Shown: in pieces, positions 13,570-28,230 of the stretch
Position numbering within the stretch: the first letter of the stretch is position 1
How the letters are laid out: each line of letters opens with the position of its first letter
Assembly: GCA_963924565.1 (NCBI GenBank)
Contig: OZ004612.1
Location: forward strand, 26,350,001 to 26,414,000
Length of the DNA stretch: 64,000 nucleotides
Direction: 5' to 3'
From: Ascidiella aspersa
Lineage: Eukaryota
The notes under the pieces: model-generated
Seen by the model: only the letters and a program-made list of their open reading frames with translations
What the model was told of the DNA's origin: nothing
Databases searched by the model: none
Translations under genes and position numbers: made by a program

Positions 13570-14270
13570 AATGCGCTCCTCAGCTAATTTAACAAAGCGG
13601 CTCCCGGCCTTGCCAAGTGTCAGGCGATTCTAATTGGATTAGCTCCTTCCAGGCGTACACAGTGAGCCGTAGGGCGAGCCTAAACACACACAGGGGCCTG
13701 CAAGGAGCCCCCTACCCCCCAGGGAACCCCACAAACCCCCGAGAACGGCTCTAAAAGGCTAACGCAATTGATGAATCACCGTTGGGCGCCTTTTCGTGGG
13801 AAAAACGGTCCCCGTAAAGGTCCCCCTCCCCCCTCGGCTGGGAAAATGATTTGTCTTAGACAAGCGGTGTCCCTTCGATCGCAAGATAACAGATCACGAG
13901 GCAGAAAAAAAACGGGGGCCCCCGGCGAAAAAGCGCAAAATGCTATTAGCGCCTTAAATGGCTCGCCAAAGCAAGCGTGAAGCGTCCCCCCGCCCATGAG
14001 CTAAAGAGCGTGCTCGGGTACGTGTGAGCGCGCCGGCATTAGGCTACAGTTTATCTCGAGTGACTTGTCAGTCAGCGGCTCTTTTTTAGGGAGATTTCCT
14101 CGCCAGTCGTCGCCGCTGTTGTCTTATGGACGACGAATCCCTGTTACCCCAGTTTTGCGACGCTCCCAGAGAGTAAGAGCGCCTTTTTCTCTTCATTTCT
14201 CTTTTGTGTTTTCCCTTTTCTTCTTTTTTCTGTTTCTCTCTCTTTCCCTGTGTACACATCTCTCAGGTGG
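13570..14270. promoter_or_regulatory. GC-rich regulatory island with paired-type homeodomain P3 site and GC box
   Basis: TAATTGGATTA at 13631-13641, CCCCGCCC ~13988, C-run cluster at 13708-13740, long polypyrimidine tract at 14182-14250. Confidence 0.4.
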
Positions 14271-15766
14271 CGACTATGATTTGTGTAATCCAAACTGTGT
14301 ATCTCGTCCGCCGAAGTTAATTGCAAATTGTAATTTAGCACGCTTATATATTTCGTTTTATGCAATTGGACCTTTCCTTGGCTATTAGGGTTTTCGCTAT
14401 TTTTTTGCTATTGGCATTCTGTGATTAGACTTGCTACACTATTTCTCGAACTAAAATGAAATTGGTTGTACGCCTTTTGCATTGCAAAAAAATCTCTATA
14501 GTCACACCATTGCGAGATCCGATATTATCGAATCAAGGGATATTCAATGTCAAGAGGTAGTATCGGTATTTATCCAACACTGTAGAGATGCGGATCCTAT
14601 GTATAACTGAGAAACTCGTTTGAATTATGATTTGTTTTCTGGCAAGTGTTTTCTTTTATTGAAAAGTCCATTTGGCAAAAGCATAATATTTTTAAAATCT
14701 AATTTGACTTGGTAAGAATATCGATGTCCATACAGTAGTATAGGTAGCATTTTGAACGTTTCGAATTGACCGATTTCATTTCGCGAAGTAAAGCGCGTTG
14801 CGTCCATTTTAACAATGCAAGTTGTCTTTCAACGACGTCACCTGGTTTGCTGTTTAAGTAACTCGTTCGTTCTGCTGTCAGTTTTGTTGGGGGCAGGCCG
14901 GATTAATTCACCTGCAAACCAAGGTTTGTTCTGCCATCGCTAGTCTATTGTCGCTGTTCGTGATACTGTAGCTGTTTAGTGCCTTATATCAAACGTGGAA
15001 AGCACATGCATTTTTCCGTAAAATGTCGAAAAACAGAATGCTTAAGCAGAGCAAAATCCACCATTTTGATATACACATGTTTGCCAAGGTTTTCAAAATG
15101 TTGTTTTTAGTTAAGCGCTGCCTAATTTTCATGTGAATCCTATATCAGTGCAATGTTAAAATATTTGAATTTTGGCGATTCAGCACTAAACGTCTTAGAC
15201 AGAGTTGTTCGAAAATCGATCGAAAAAAGATTTCTAACCGAGTATAGTCTAAAGACTATTATAACACATTACAGAAGCCCCATTTTTCCTTAAGAAGTAA
15301 TACAGCTGCCAGTTATTAGAATAAAGTTAAACGCGGCAGTTAAATATAAATCAGGCTTATATTGTAAATGAATTTCTTACACGATTTGTAGGCCCATGAA
15401 ATGTGTTAAAAATATGTCAAGTTTGCTACTACAGGTCACGCTTGAACATGTCATATGTACGAATGGTTTTACCTCCAATTAACTCTAAAATAACCCTAGA
15501 TTTTAAGTGCGTGTTCTATTGAAATATTCGGCGCGTATTTAGGAAATCAATGCACCCTTCCTATAACGATGCGACTGTAACTCCTGCACAGCCAAGAAAG
15601 CGGTTAGCCTAAAGCAAATACGGAGGGCGTAATGGGAGGTATAGTGATGCCTACTTCATACTCTGAGTGCTGACAGAAGTTGCAAAACGAAGGAATTCGA
15701 CTGAATGCTTGTCTCGTGTGTGGCAACCGGCCGGACAAAGTGGCGACTGATAAAGCTGCTTCGCAC

Positions 15767-16150
15767 CAGTGTTAAAATGACTTGACTTAGGTACACTCAA
15801 GTCCCTGTTTTCAAATGACCTGACTTGACTTAAGTCGTTTTTGCCAAATTACTTGACTTATATTTTGAGTCATTGAGTCAAAAATAACTTCGTTGAAATA
15901 AGTGGTTTTAGTTAATGTTTTATTATAAAAGTTGGCTATTTATCTTACATTTGCACGTAAACGATTAGATTATTACATTGTATTATTCTATGTTAGCGTT
16001 ATTGCTCGTATTCGGACAAGTTTACGGACTCCAATGTTTAATTGTTTTATTTTTATATCAGCGATTGCCGATTTGTAGTTGACTTTACTTGGGCCACTGA
16101 TGACTTAGACTGCTGGGTCTTTACTTGCTTTTTTTGTAAATGCTTGACTA
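15767..16150 (+). mobile_element. Family C element
   Basis: CAGTGTTAAAATGACTTGACTTAGG...GACTTGACTTAAGTC...ACTTGGGCCACTGATGACTTAGAC. Confidence 0.65.
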
Positions 16151-16437
16151 ACAGGACCTAAATCTCGCAAAATCAACTGTTTTACACCGGTGTATCTCCG
16201 CCAGATACACGCTTAAAGCGCTCGTAATTTCCAACAGTGACTCGCCTAGGGTAAATCGGCAAACTACCCTGCCCAATCCACGAGACGGGGATGCGAACAT
16301 TTTTGCGCACATTGTGCAAAATAACGCCACGTCCCCTGTTGCAATCCACGGCCAATCTTTTTTTCATTGATAAGGCAAATTGTTGTTGATTTTGGATTAG
16401 TAAAAAATATTTATATCTTTGAGCATTATCGCTAGAG

Positions 16438-16512
16438 TTTGTCGTTAGACGTGTAATGAATATCAAACCCATACAGATGATGTACTGTAGCATATTTTGA
16501 ACGTTTTGAATA
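16438..16512 (+). mobile_element. MITE family A fragment (a second fragment lies at ~14718-14770)
   Basis: AATATCAAACCCATACAG...TAGCATATTTTGAACGTTTTGAATAA. Confidence 0.55.
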
Positions 16513-17999
16513 AGAAAATGTTGCAAATGATCACATTGTGTCTTTCATTGTTGCAAATAATCTTGCATTGTTGCAAATAAATAAAGAATTGTATTAAAAG
16601 TTTAAAATATCTTATACATGTTCTGGCGTTAATATTCATTCTGCATTTTATCTGTTTATTTGCTACCATCAAAAATGCTGTCTTTTCTCTGCATTTTAAA
16701 AAGTATGAACAAAAAAGTTGCAATGTTCATGGTGCGTAGTTTATTTTGCTTCGCCACATACTTGTTTAGGAATGTGCTTCAGCAATGCTCTAGTATTGCA
16801 ATACTCAGCAATCAATACGGGTCCTTGAGACGTTCTGAACAATCCACTTAGCTGCTTGGCGTAAGTGTGAAACGTAGAATGAGAAACCGATATCACATGA
16901 TAAGTGTTATAATAACCTGAGTCAATGGCTTGACGAGGACTCGAGTGTTTTTTGCCAAAAATTTAAAAGTTGACCAGGTAAAACATATTTATTTTAATTT
17001 GTGCTGACAATGCGAAATAATGACAGGAATCAAATGACCTTAAATTTCGTAGTGAAGACATTTCAGATTTATTGCTGAAAAACATTATTTTTCTGAAACA
17101 GTTTTCTCATTATATGTTTAGTTTTTGGTGTTGTCAATGCGAAATAATGCTAGAACTTTCGACAAACATTAAACTCAAACTAGAAACGGCGACAAGTTTG
17201 CACGTGTGAATAAAATTTAGGAGAAACAATTGAGAAACCGTGATAGTAATGTCAGGCAGTTGGCAAAAATGTCATTGACATTTGGGCATATTTTAGTTTT
17301 TGGCGACGTATAAAATTTGAAGAAAGGACGCTTTTCAGTTTCATAAACCACAAATGTTCAAAATACTTATAGCTAATTGCATGCTGTAACTACAGAAGTA
17401 TAATAGGCTTTTTGTTCATAGAAAGACATTTATTTTTTTTTCTACAATGATGAGGGACTGTTTTGTACCTTTAAAACACCTCAAAACAAAATACTGCACA
17501 TAAAGTCATTTTTTACCTTAATACAAATTTAGCTTTGCACTTGAAACTCCACATATAGGCACGCGGCACACAGTTTAAGAAAAGCACTGCACAATCCGGT
17601 TAAATCCATTTGAGACAAGTGTGAAATTTTGACGCAATTGTAAAACCAGGAGAGAAGCGAAACCAACAACCCCTTGACACGAGGCACATAAGTGAGGCGC
17701 TGGTAAATGGCGACAGGGGGGAATGAAGGCCGCTCTCCTATAAGCACCAATTAATATTAAAGCGAGCAAAATGGGATTATCCGACGGCGGCCAATCCTCA
17801 AGACACCAAATCGCTTCCCACAGCGCGCGTCAAAAACAACATATAGATCCCAGCTAAAGTGGATCATCATCGCTTTGATTGGCTTGTTTGATTAGGAGCA
17901 GAGATTCGTCTGCATTCCATGTGTACAATCTGGCGCGTGCAAGTTGTATAGAGACTGCTCATGGCGTGTTGCGCTTTGATTTGCTTTGCGGCGGATTCC

Positions 18000-18970
18000 T
18001 GTGATCCGGCAATTAATCGCTGTGAGGTGGATATTATTGTTGTCGGCCCTTTGACGGAATTATCGCTATTCGGGCAATTATTCGCGTGTCGCAAAGTTGT
18101 TTGATTTCGGCCGGATCGCATCAATTTATTTTCGTTAAGGTGTGAAGCGACTGGTGTAATTTTAATCAATCGTTTATGAAAAATAAATTGGTGTCCAATT
18201 GGGTTTTTATTTATGCTCTATTTTCTAACGCTATATCACCAGAGACGGCTTTATTTTGAAAGGTCTATGCTAAAGTGTAGTATCGAACATAAAAACCAGG
18301 AGAACAAATATGCTATTTTGTGGTAAAAATGTCAAATCTATAACTTTGAATATAGAAATATTTAAATATAAAACTGCAAATTTTAAGTTTGTTTCCATTT
18401 AAACAGATGATTTTAATAAACTCTAATCTGTTTAAGCTTATCACATGTTAAACCTTGGATCATCATGGTTGGGATTTTAGTCATAGGTTCTTGTAAAAAT
18501 ATCAAAGCCCATACAGAAGTAGGTATCATTTTGAACGTTTGAAAAACTCTCTATTCATTTTCAACATAGTGTGAGATGTATATTGGAAACGTTTACAACG
18601 CTACCTACTTTGACAAGGGCTTTTATATTTCTACAACACGTTAACTATTTTACGCAAAAAAAAAACTAAATTGACGTGAAAAAAACACTCTAGCAAACAG
18701 TGGGCCATTTTGACTCGCATGATGGGCAACATTTTCGTCTGAGGAATCCTAAAAAGTTCAGGTAAAGTTATGTTACCAATGCGACGGCGCGTGTTGGTTG
18801 TACAGCTCGTTATCATTGGGACCCGATGAGTTTTTGAAGCGGAGTTTATGTGACCCAGCAATTAATCGCTGTGAGGTGCTGGATATTATTGTTGTCGGTC
18901 CTTTGACGGAATTAGCGCGATTCGGGCAATTATTCGCGTGTCGCAAAGTTGTTTGAATTAGATTCGGCCG
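18000..18970 (+). repeat. ~115-bp direct duplication (18000-18113 and 18849-18970)
   Basis: GCAATTAATCGCTGTGAGGTG...CCTTTGACGGAATTA...TTCGGGCAATTATTCGCGTGTCGCAAAGTTGTTTGA is present twice at about 90% identity. Confidence 0.9.
18455..18632. mobile_element. Palindromic MITE family A copy
   Basis: ATATCAAAGCCCATACAGAAGTAGGTATCATTTTGAACGTTT with a diverged inverted right arm (AAACGTTT...CCTACTT...GGGCTTTTATAT). Confidence 0.75.
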
Positions 18971-20023
18971 AGCCAGTTTTTAAGCAATTAGTGCAGGCTA
19001 TGGTAAAAATTGAAAAAGCATTGAAACACGTTTACAAAATAACGCAAATAGAATTATTACAACTTAGAATTAGCAGATTAAAAAGTCATTTTTTGGTAAA
19101 AATGCCGTTTCTATAGATTTCTCATGAAATGTTAGTCAATGGCAAAATTTGTATAAAATGAAAAGGGTGTTATTCCCTTCGTATTATACATTCGGAAAAT
19201 AATTAAGTTTAAGGATTGAAGGAAATTAAATCCATGTAGTTAGGGTAATAAAAATAGGGAAATAAATATGCTGTTTCTTGCAAAATAATTTTCTTCCTAA
19301 AGCTCAATTAAATGATGTACGAATGTGATTTGCTTTCCATTTAAACTGGTGGGATTCTACGATAATACAATTTGTCAACGTCCAATAGATAAAACATTGC
19401 CAAAAATTGTTAAGCTACAAGTGTTTCACGCAAAGAGTTTGACAAATTTCCGCTTATACTTGCAAATGCAAAGAGAAAATGGCGGACGCTATCCCATTTT
19501 GCCTCGGCAGCTTACGTACATCTCCCAAACTGCAGCAGTCTACTGGAACAAGTTGTTGTTTCGAATGCTGCCTGGCTGGCGACCCAACCGCCTTTGCATT
19601 ATACATGCTCCCATTCGCTATAGGCGCGACAGGCAGGTATGCTGTGGCCAGGGAAGTTTTACTGGCGGGTTCTGGGGGCACGGTTTCCCCCTTGCAATGG
19701 ATACAATAGGGTATTGGCATGTCCCCTTCGTCTTTCGGTTGGCATGCAATGCTTTTCTTCACTTAGTCCTATACGTATGCGTGCTGCTTTGCCAAAGAAT
19801 TGACGAAAGGCGCTGCGTTGAAGTTATTCTGTCGCTGTTTCCCAGTTGCGCAATTGGTTCGGGCTTTTCTAATTGAAATTGCTAGCGAACGGACTCGGGG
19901 GAAACTAATGGACTTGCCAAACGCTTTGAAAAGTTCAGAAATGCAACACCCGCTCGCTACACCGCAAATATCGGCGCGTTAAGTTTAAGCAATATAACAA
20001 CACGCGATTTGGAATTGTACTGT

Positions 20024-20252
20024 TGAAAAAATGTCCAACCTATAGTTTGCGCAAAAAACATGTTTCAATCCATATATAAAACACGTGGTATGCCAAACCA
20101 TCAATGTTTAGTTAAAAATATTTTTTCAGTTTAAGAAACAAAAATCGACACGAGTTTTAGCATAGTAATTGTCGAAAAAAATGTCCAACCTATAGATTGC
20201 GCAAAAAATGTTTTTACCTAAATGTAAAACACGCGGGTTAGCAACCATCAAC
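20024..20252 (+). repeat. ~151-bp-period tandem duplication
   Basis: AAAAAATGTCCAACCTATAG.TTGCGCAAAAAA...TAAAACACG...AACCATCAA occurs twice. Confidence 0.75.
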
Positions 20253-20339
20253 ACTTTGTCAGAAATTATCTTTTATGACGTTTGCTAATTGTTAGAGTTA
20301 ATTGCGAAAAGTATCATTTGATAAATAACAAATCACCGC

Positions 20340-21100
20340 GTAAATATATCTTTCCGCCAGGTGGCGATAAAGCGCTCTGCAATGGCCGTCAGGTTACACA
20401 CTGTGCCTCGTGAAGATGTTTAAATTCGTTTTTGAGGAAATCGCGTAACATGCCGACGTCATCAACATTTTTGACGTAAATTAGCGCATGAAATGTCCGC
20501 AAATTGTCTTTGTAGTGTTTTTATTTAGGGAAAATTTCGAATGTGTTTATCTGTTGATTTTACGCGAATCACTTACAGCGAATATTTGCGTGAATTAAAC
20601 AACAAGCAATTCAGCGTATAATAGTGACGCGAAACTCTCCGGGAATTCGCCTGAAACGCTTTGAGGAGCAAACGCGTAAAGCGCGCATGGCGTAACGCCG
20701 CGGAAAACACGAAAAAGGCCCAAAATGTCGGCTGGCGGCAGACTGAAGCGGACAGCAGTAGCAGCGGCGGCGGCGGGGAAAGGTGTATTCTCTCTCGGGC
20801 GCGTTTATAAACAACTGAATGGCGCATCGAGGCCAATTGTCACCTTTTGTTGCTGTTAGGTTTCGATTGAAAGCAGTGCTTCGCCTTTTTCTCCGGTTTC
20901 TCTCTTTTTCGCCGGGCGCTTTCTCTCTTTTTTCAGCAGCCTTCTCTCTTTTTTCGGCCGCCGCGAAAGAGTGGTTGGGGCAGCCGTAAGAGCAACAGCA
21001 GCGGCAATTCGCGCCTATTAATGTGTCGGATTGGCGACGGGTAACGGTAGTCGATTGGACTCACCTGTCCGAGACGGTTCTATAGGCACTGTTGCTCCTT
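20340..21100 (+). promoter_or_regulatory. CpG/GC-rich proximal promoter or enhancer region of Six1/2
   Basis: One of the strongest CpG islands, 0.7-1.4 kb upstream of the ATG. Contains TTTATAAA (~20804), CCAAT, three TTCTCTCTTTTT repeats, a CTCF-like CCGCCAGGTGGCG (20354) and a MEF3-like TCAGGTTAC (20389). Confidence 0.5.
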
Positions 21101-21681
21101 GTGTCAATACAGTTTTGTAAGACGGACTTCTTGTATCAGGATTTTTTAACCTTGTTTGCTAGACACATACTCAAGTTCAGGACAGAAATAATTCGATGTT
21201 AATAAATGCAGCATCTACTATGGTGCAATTAAACGACACAGTATTTGAAAAAAAAATTTGTAAGCTTTGAGTGAAAATACAGCAGAGAGGATTTAGCAGA
21301 ACGAGTTTAAAAATGATGCCGCGTTTACTATATTTATTTTCGCTTTTTTATTCACGGCAAAAAGTGGAAATATGTAAACAGAGTGTTTAGATTCGAATGG
21401 CGAATCCTTCAGGTAAAATCGCAATGCAGAAATACTTTACGACTTGGCGAAAATAATGCACAATACGCATGCCGCCATTTTTTGCTTTTATGCTGAAGTT
21501 TGCGCGAGGTGTCTTTAACTAACGGTGCTTGTTTGTTATCTTTAACGCTATCCAGGCCAATCAACAAACTATAAAGAAACTGTATTTAAAAACGTGCGCC
21601 ATTTGCAACACGCACGAAAGCAGCAAAAGAAGAAGCGAATCCTTGAAAGGTACGGGATCGCTTCTACTGCTACTCAAGTAA

Positions 21682-23620
<1,939 letters not shown>

Positions 23621-23784
23621 GAAAAGTCTCGGGCTGCACTGCGTGACTGGTACACCCACAACCCTTACCCCTCACCCCGCGAGAAAAGGGAACTGGCCGA
23701 GGGCACCGGACTGACCGTCACCCAGGTCAGCAACTGGTTCAAGAACAGAAGGCAAAGAGACAGAGCGGCTGAGGCCAAAGAAAG
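23621..23784 (+). CDS. Six1/2: Six1/2 coding exon 2 (rest of homeodomain)
   Basis: Acceptor ttttgtgcag|GAA. Encodes [54 protein letters not shown] (K50, WFKN), in frame with exon 1. Phase-2 donor AG|GTGAGA at 23784/23785. Confidence 0.97.
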
Positions 23785-26204
23785 GTGAGAAACAGGACTG
23801 TATGCTGTAACTGTTAATTCCTGTTTGCTTGTTTTGGTTTAGTTCTTACTGATTTAACGACAATCAGGCGTCAAAAATGTTCTTTAAAAAAATGTTTCTT
23901 TGTATTTCACGAAAATCAACCCATGAAGAGTATATACTTAGAATTTCAAATACAAAAAACTTGTAGTTCCTATTGCAACTAAATAAGACTGTTAAAAAAC
24001 CAATCGATTTGCAGCCACAACTATCATTTCGCATTGTGTTTATCGTTTTTTATTCGTTTTATTTAAAGCCTACAAATTTAATAACCTCTGTTAGTTGCGA
24101 AAAACTTTAATAAGAAATAGATTGAGACACAACCTTGTTCTGATGTTATTAAAAGGAATGCGAACCTTTTTATTTGATCTGCAAATCACAATTCAAACAT
24201 CAAACTAACGGAAATGTGTCTGGGGATGGACTAAGACAATTGAATAACTTTAGTTGCAATTCTAATATTTATCCAATTTCCTTTAAAACAAATGCTACTT
24301 TACCAATGCGTGTTTTCAGTTAGTCTAAATTGGGCAAACTGAAAAACATTCTAAAATAATTCAAAAGAACAATATCGAGCTGTCCAAGTAAGCTGAGGGA
24401 CATTAATTAACGAATGGGAAAAAATAAAAGGCAACGAGCGCTTGTCGGGTTTTTGAGCTCATTGTAGCTTGAACAAAAAGCGTCTGAAAGCGTTCAGTAG
24501 CACCAGCAAGCGTAGAACGTCAAAGGGCTGTTGGTTGTCCACAATAAGAGGTCGTAAGCTGATACGCTACTGACATTCATAATATGGCAGTTGGACAGGT
24601 GTAGCTTGTAAATTCGCACAATGCCGTGAAATCCAACTGCTGCTCATCGTTTTGCTGCTTACTGTGGCGCAATCAGTAATAAACAAATCGATATCTACGT
24701 TTAAAACCAGCCGAAATAGTGCTCTTAAATACTTGATTTTTATTCGACTGTGTTGTCAAAAGCGCAGTCACAGCTAAAATATTCAGTTGATTTAATCTTT
24801 AAATAAAAATCTAGTCAATGATTACCTTTCTTGTTTATTTAAATATTGTGTAGGGAAACATTTCCGTTTTTTCTTGTATGTTACACAATGCTATAGTTTG
24901 TCGTATTGCAGCCTTTGTCGTTTCGATAATAACAGAATACAACAAAAGTTCAATATTTTCACCTGCCTTGATTTGCAATTGACGCTGTACTGATGTCGAT
25001 TGGAATCCGGTTGCTGAGCTAACTAAAGTCGAATTGTATATTGCAAAAAATAGCAAAAACACCCTGTGTAGGAGGTGTAACATTTGCGTAAATGCTTCCT
25101 TTAAGAAAAACATCGATAAAATGTTACCCCCTTCTTTTATTTTTTTTCCAAAAAACATCACATTATTTAACCAAAGGCCACATTTCTTTCAATCGTCTCA
25201 AACACAGACAATAATATCATCAGCCGCATATTTTCAAAAATCCGTCAAAAAGAACCACGAGTCCAGTTATTTCTATTAGCTGGACGCAGTCACACGATTT
25301 AAGCACTCTTTCAATTACGGTTCAATTTGTGTATCAGACATTTTTTGCTCAGCTTACAAAGAGTGATCAACAGTCACGCTTTAAGTTGAACTATAAAAAG
25401 ACTATAAATTTCGCCCAACAGCATTTTTCCAGAGCCGAACACAGTAACCGGCGTCCGCCATTTTGTTTTTTAACTACTCGACGGGGTCGCGACTTCCAGT
25501 AACCCGAGGGCAGCGAGGTGTTGAAAATAAGCAGTCAGCGTGACTCATCTTGGTTTAAGCGCGCAACGCAATGCGATAATGACCAACTAATAGGAAAGCA
25601 AAACAAGCCTGATTCTAAGGTTAAATATTGCGTTTTTGCACGGTTTGTGATGTTTGTTGTTTTGCGTAACCGGCAAAGCTGCACTGCCGTCCATTTTCAT
25701 TTCGAATTCAACTTATTAGCATTTGTGTAATACATTTTCAAAGCTTATAATGTCAACATTGCTTGTGAATATTGCTTCTAAGTATGATCAAGGCTACATT
25801 TGATATTTTGTTAAGGACTAACAATACGGAATTGTCGTGTATTTACTATCCTACTAAACAATTTATACAATTTTGAGCTCTTAATTTGTAAAAGAACAAT
25901 AGTTTCGCAAATACGACGCGCATATAAGATAAGATTTAACGGCATCGCATATATCATATTGCTTACGCGCTGCCCCAAAGAGCATTTAAGCCATAAATAC
26001 ACACTTGTTCTTAGTTTGTGTAACTTTAAGCAAAGCATAACTAGTACTTGCATTTTTTGCAATAGAAAATTTTATTTTTGAAAATAGCGATTTGAGCTGC
26101 AGTATATTTTAGAATCTAACTGTCACTTCTTTATAAGTTTTAATAACCTATAAAGTACACGGTTGTATCAACACTTCTGTAAACGTCCGTTTCTATTTCC
26201 GCAG
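23785..26204 (+). other. Six1/2 intron (GT-AG, phase 2, 2420 bp)
   Basis: GTGAGA donor and ttccgcag acceptor. Position just after the homeodomain (AEAKER) matches the intron position in vertebrate SIX1/SIX2. Confidence 0.92.
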
Positions 26205-26757
26205 GGACGGAGGCGAAATCCCTCAGGCCGGAATGCCGCTGCAGGCTTCGGGAATGGGCACGCCGCCGCAGACCGGGATGGACGGCATGCCACACGCGGG
26301 ACATGGAGGCTCGATTTCCGGCGACGGCTTAGAACCAAAGCCGGGCTTAGATGGACTTACACACCATCATCAGCAACAAGTCCTACAACACCAACAGCAA
26401 CAGCACCATGAGCAGATGCTGCATCACCAGCCTCACGCTCACACGCCGCCTCATCACGCCATGAACCAACATCACGCCATGCCGCCTCACAGCATGATTA
26501 TGAGCACGCTTCACGACCCTCATGCAATGTCGCAGCACCATAGCGGCGGCCCGGTTCCGGGACACCATTACACCGTAGCCGGCGCCGAAGGAGGCCACAT
26601 GGCCCCGTTGCACCACCCGGACATGTACCCCCCGCCACCGCCGCCCCACCTGGGTCAGATGCCCCCCCATCACCTGTCCGTTTCGGCACCCGGTGGCATG
26701 CATGAGTCCATGATTCACGGAATGGCCCAGAGCAACCCTGTTGAGATGGGAACGTAA
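26205..26757 (+). CDS. Six1/2: Six1/2 coding exon 3 (His/Pro/Gln/Met-rich C-terminal region)
   Basis: Acceptor ttctatttccgcag|G completes the split Arg codon (AG+G). Reads DGGEIPQAGMPLQ...NPVEMGT to TAA at 26755-26757. Joined CDS 597+164+553=1314 nt = 437 aa plus stop. Confidence 0.92.
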
Positions 26758-28230
26758 TGGACACGGTTGTTTTTTTTTTTGTTTTGTTTTTTGTCATACT
26801 TCCTATATTCGGAAAACACATTCCGCATCCGAAAGAAGGCATTGGAACTTTTTTCAATCGGTTCTTTATTTCGTGTATGCCGACTTGCCTGTAATTTTGC
26901 CGGGCGAACCAACCAATCAAAGCGTTGCACATTTCAAATTGAAAGTCATGGCAAAAAATTGGTTTTAAATCTCTAAGATCTTGGTGTTTTTAAAACGTAT
27001 AGCGAGCATTTTGGTGATTAAAAAGCTGCCACAAATTTGAAACGCCGTGTTTCATTAGAAACAAATGGTGCAACTTTTCATGGTATACAGGCAAAAACTT
27101 CTGTACTTTTTAAACTGGTGCCATTGGTGGGAAAAAAATAAAAACAGATGCAAATTGTTGGCCTTGCATTTGTTTAGCCAACACTTTTATGCCTAACCGT
27201 GAAATAAGCCAACGTTTTTGCCCGAAACAGTCGTGTTAGTGTTAACCGCTCGTTATAGTTATCGCGTTTACCTTTTACCCGGTGTTAGCAGCGCATTTCC
27301 TTAAATATAGACCCGTGTTAGTTCGCCCAAAGAGCCATAGGCTTAGAAAAGGCGAGTGCTCGCAAAAAGCTCGTTTTTACGGCCATGTGTTTTCACTGTT
27401 ATCTGTCATGTTTTATTCAAAGGCGCAGCCGCTTTACGGCACAGAAAAAGCGCGCACATTCTGTTTTTTTGCATGTTAAGCGTTGGACCAAAGCGATCGG
27501 TATTTGTTGATCGATTGGATTGTTTATTAGCCTTGATGTAGATGCAAAAGAGGCGGTTATTTAATTGCGCGAACCATTCCCTTTGCGAAAGTATTGTGCG
27601 TCGCATGCTGCTCTGTACTATCACGACATATTTAGTTTTGGTAATTCCATTTTTCGGACCAAAAAGCCCTCCTGAAAACGTTCCACGTTAACATTTTCCT
27701 TCGTCTTTTTGTGTGTGTAGAAAAGTTTATATATACATAACTTTATAGCGTCGTAACATTCCTACAAATCGTGCACTGCGATATTCAATTGCTATCTTGT
27801 ATTATTACGCTGTCATTCTGCAAAGAATCTCACGTTAAACTTTTTTTCAAGTGTTGTTCGTAGCCCTTTGAAATCACATGACATTTATCTATCTTCAACT
27901 CTCCATTTCAAGAGTAACTCCATGACGGTATATAGAGACAACGCCAACTGTTAAACTTGCAAGTTTTATGTTGTCCAAGTTTGTCCATTCCTTGAATGCC
28001 TAACCCCGACTTAAGAAAATATTTACCCGGCTGTTTTCTTGCAAGCGGTGTGTTTTGCCCCAGCAATTGTCTGTGTTTTGTTTTTGTTGTTTTCTTTTTA
28101 CTTTTTTACTTTTTTTGTTGTTGTTATATGCGCCGTTTTAGAGCGTATTTATAACCTTGTACGAGGTCGCCGCAGTGTTGATCGCACAGCGCTGTTTGAC
28201 AATAAACGCAAAAGCAGAAAATCAAAGTCA
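26758..28230 (+). other. Putative Six1/2 3' UTR with candidate polyadenylation signal
   Basis: U-rich sequence follows the stop codon. AATAAA at 28201-28206 is followed by a pyrimidine-rich stretch. Other AATAAA hexamers exist (e.g. ~27137), so the end is uncertain. Confidence 0.4.

Noticed and set aside
19325-19982. 183-aa ORF and overlapping ORFs
   Set aside because: No recognisable domain, non-ATG start, and several frames open simply because the region is a GC island.
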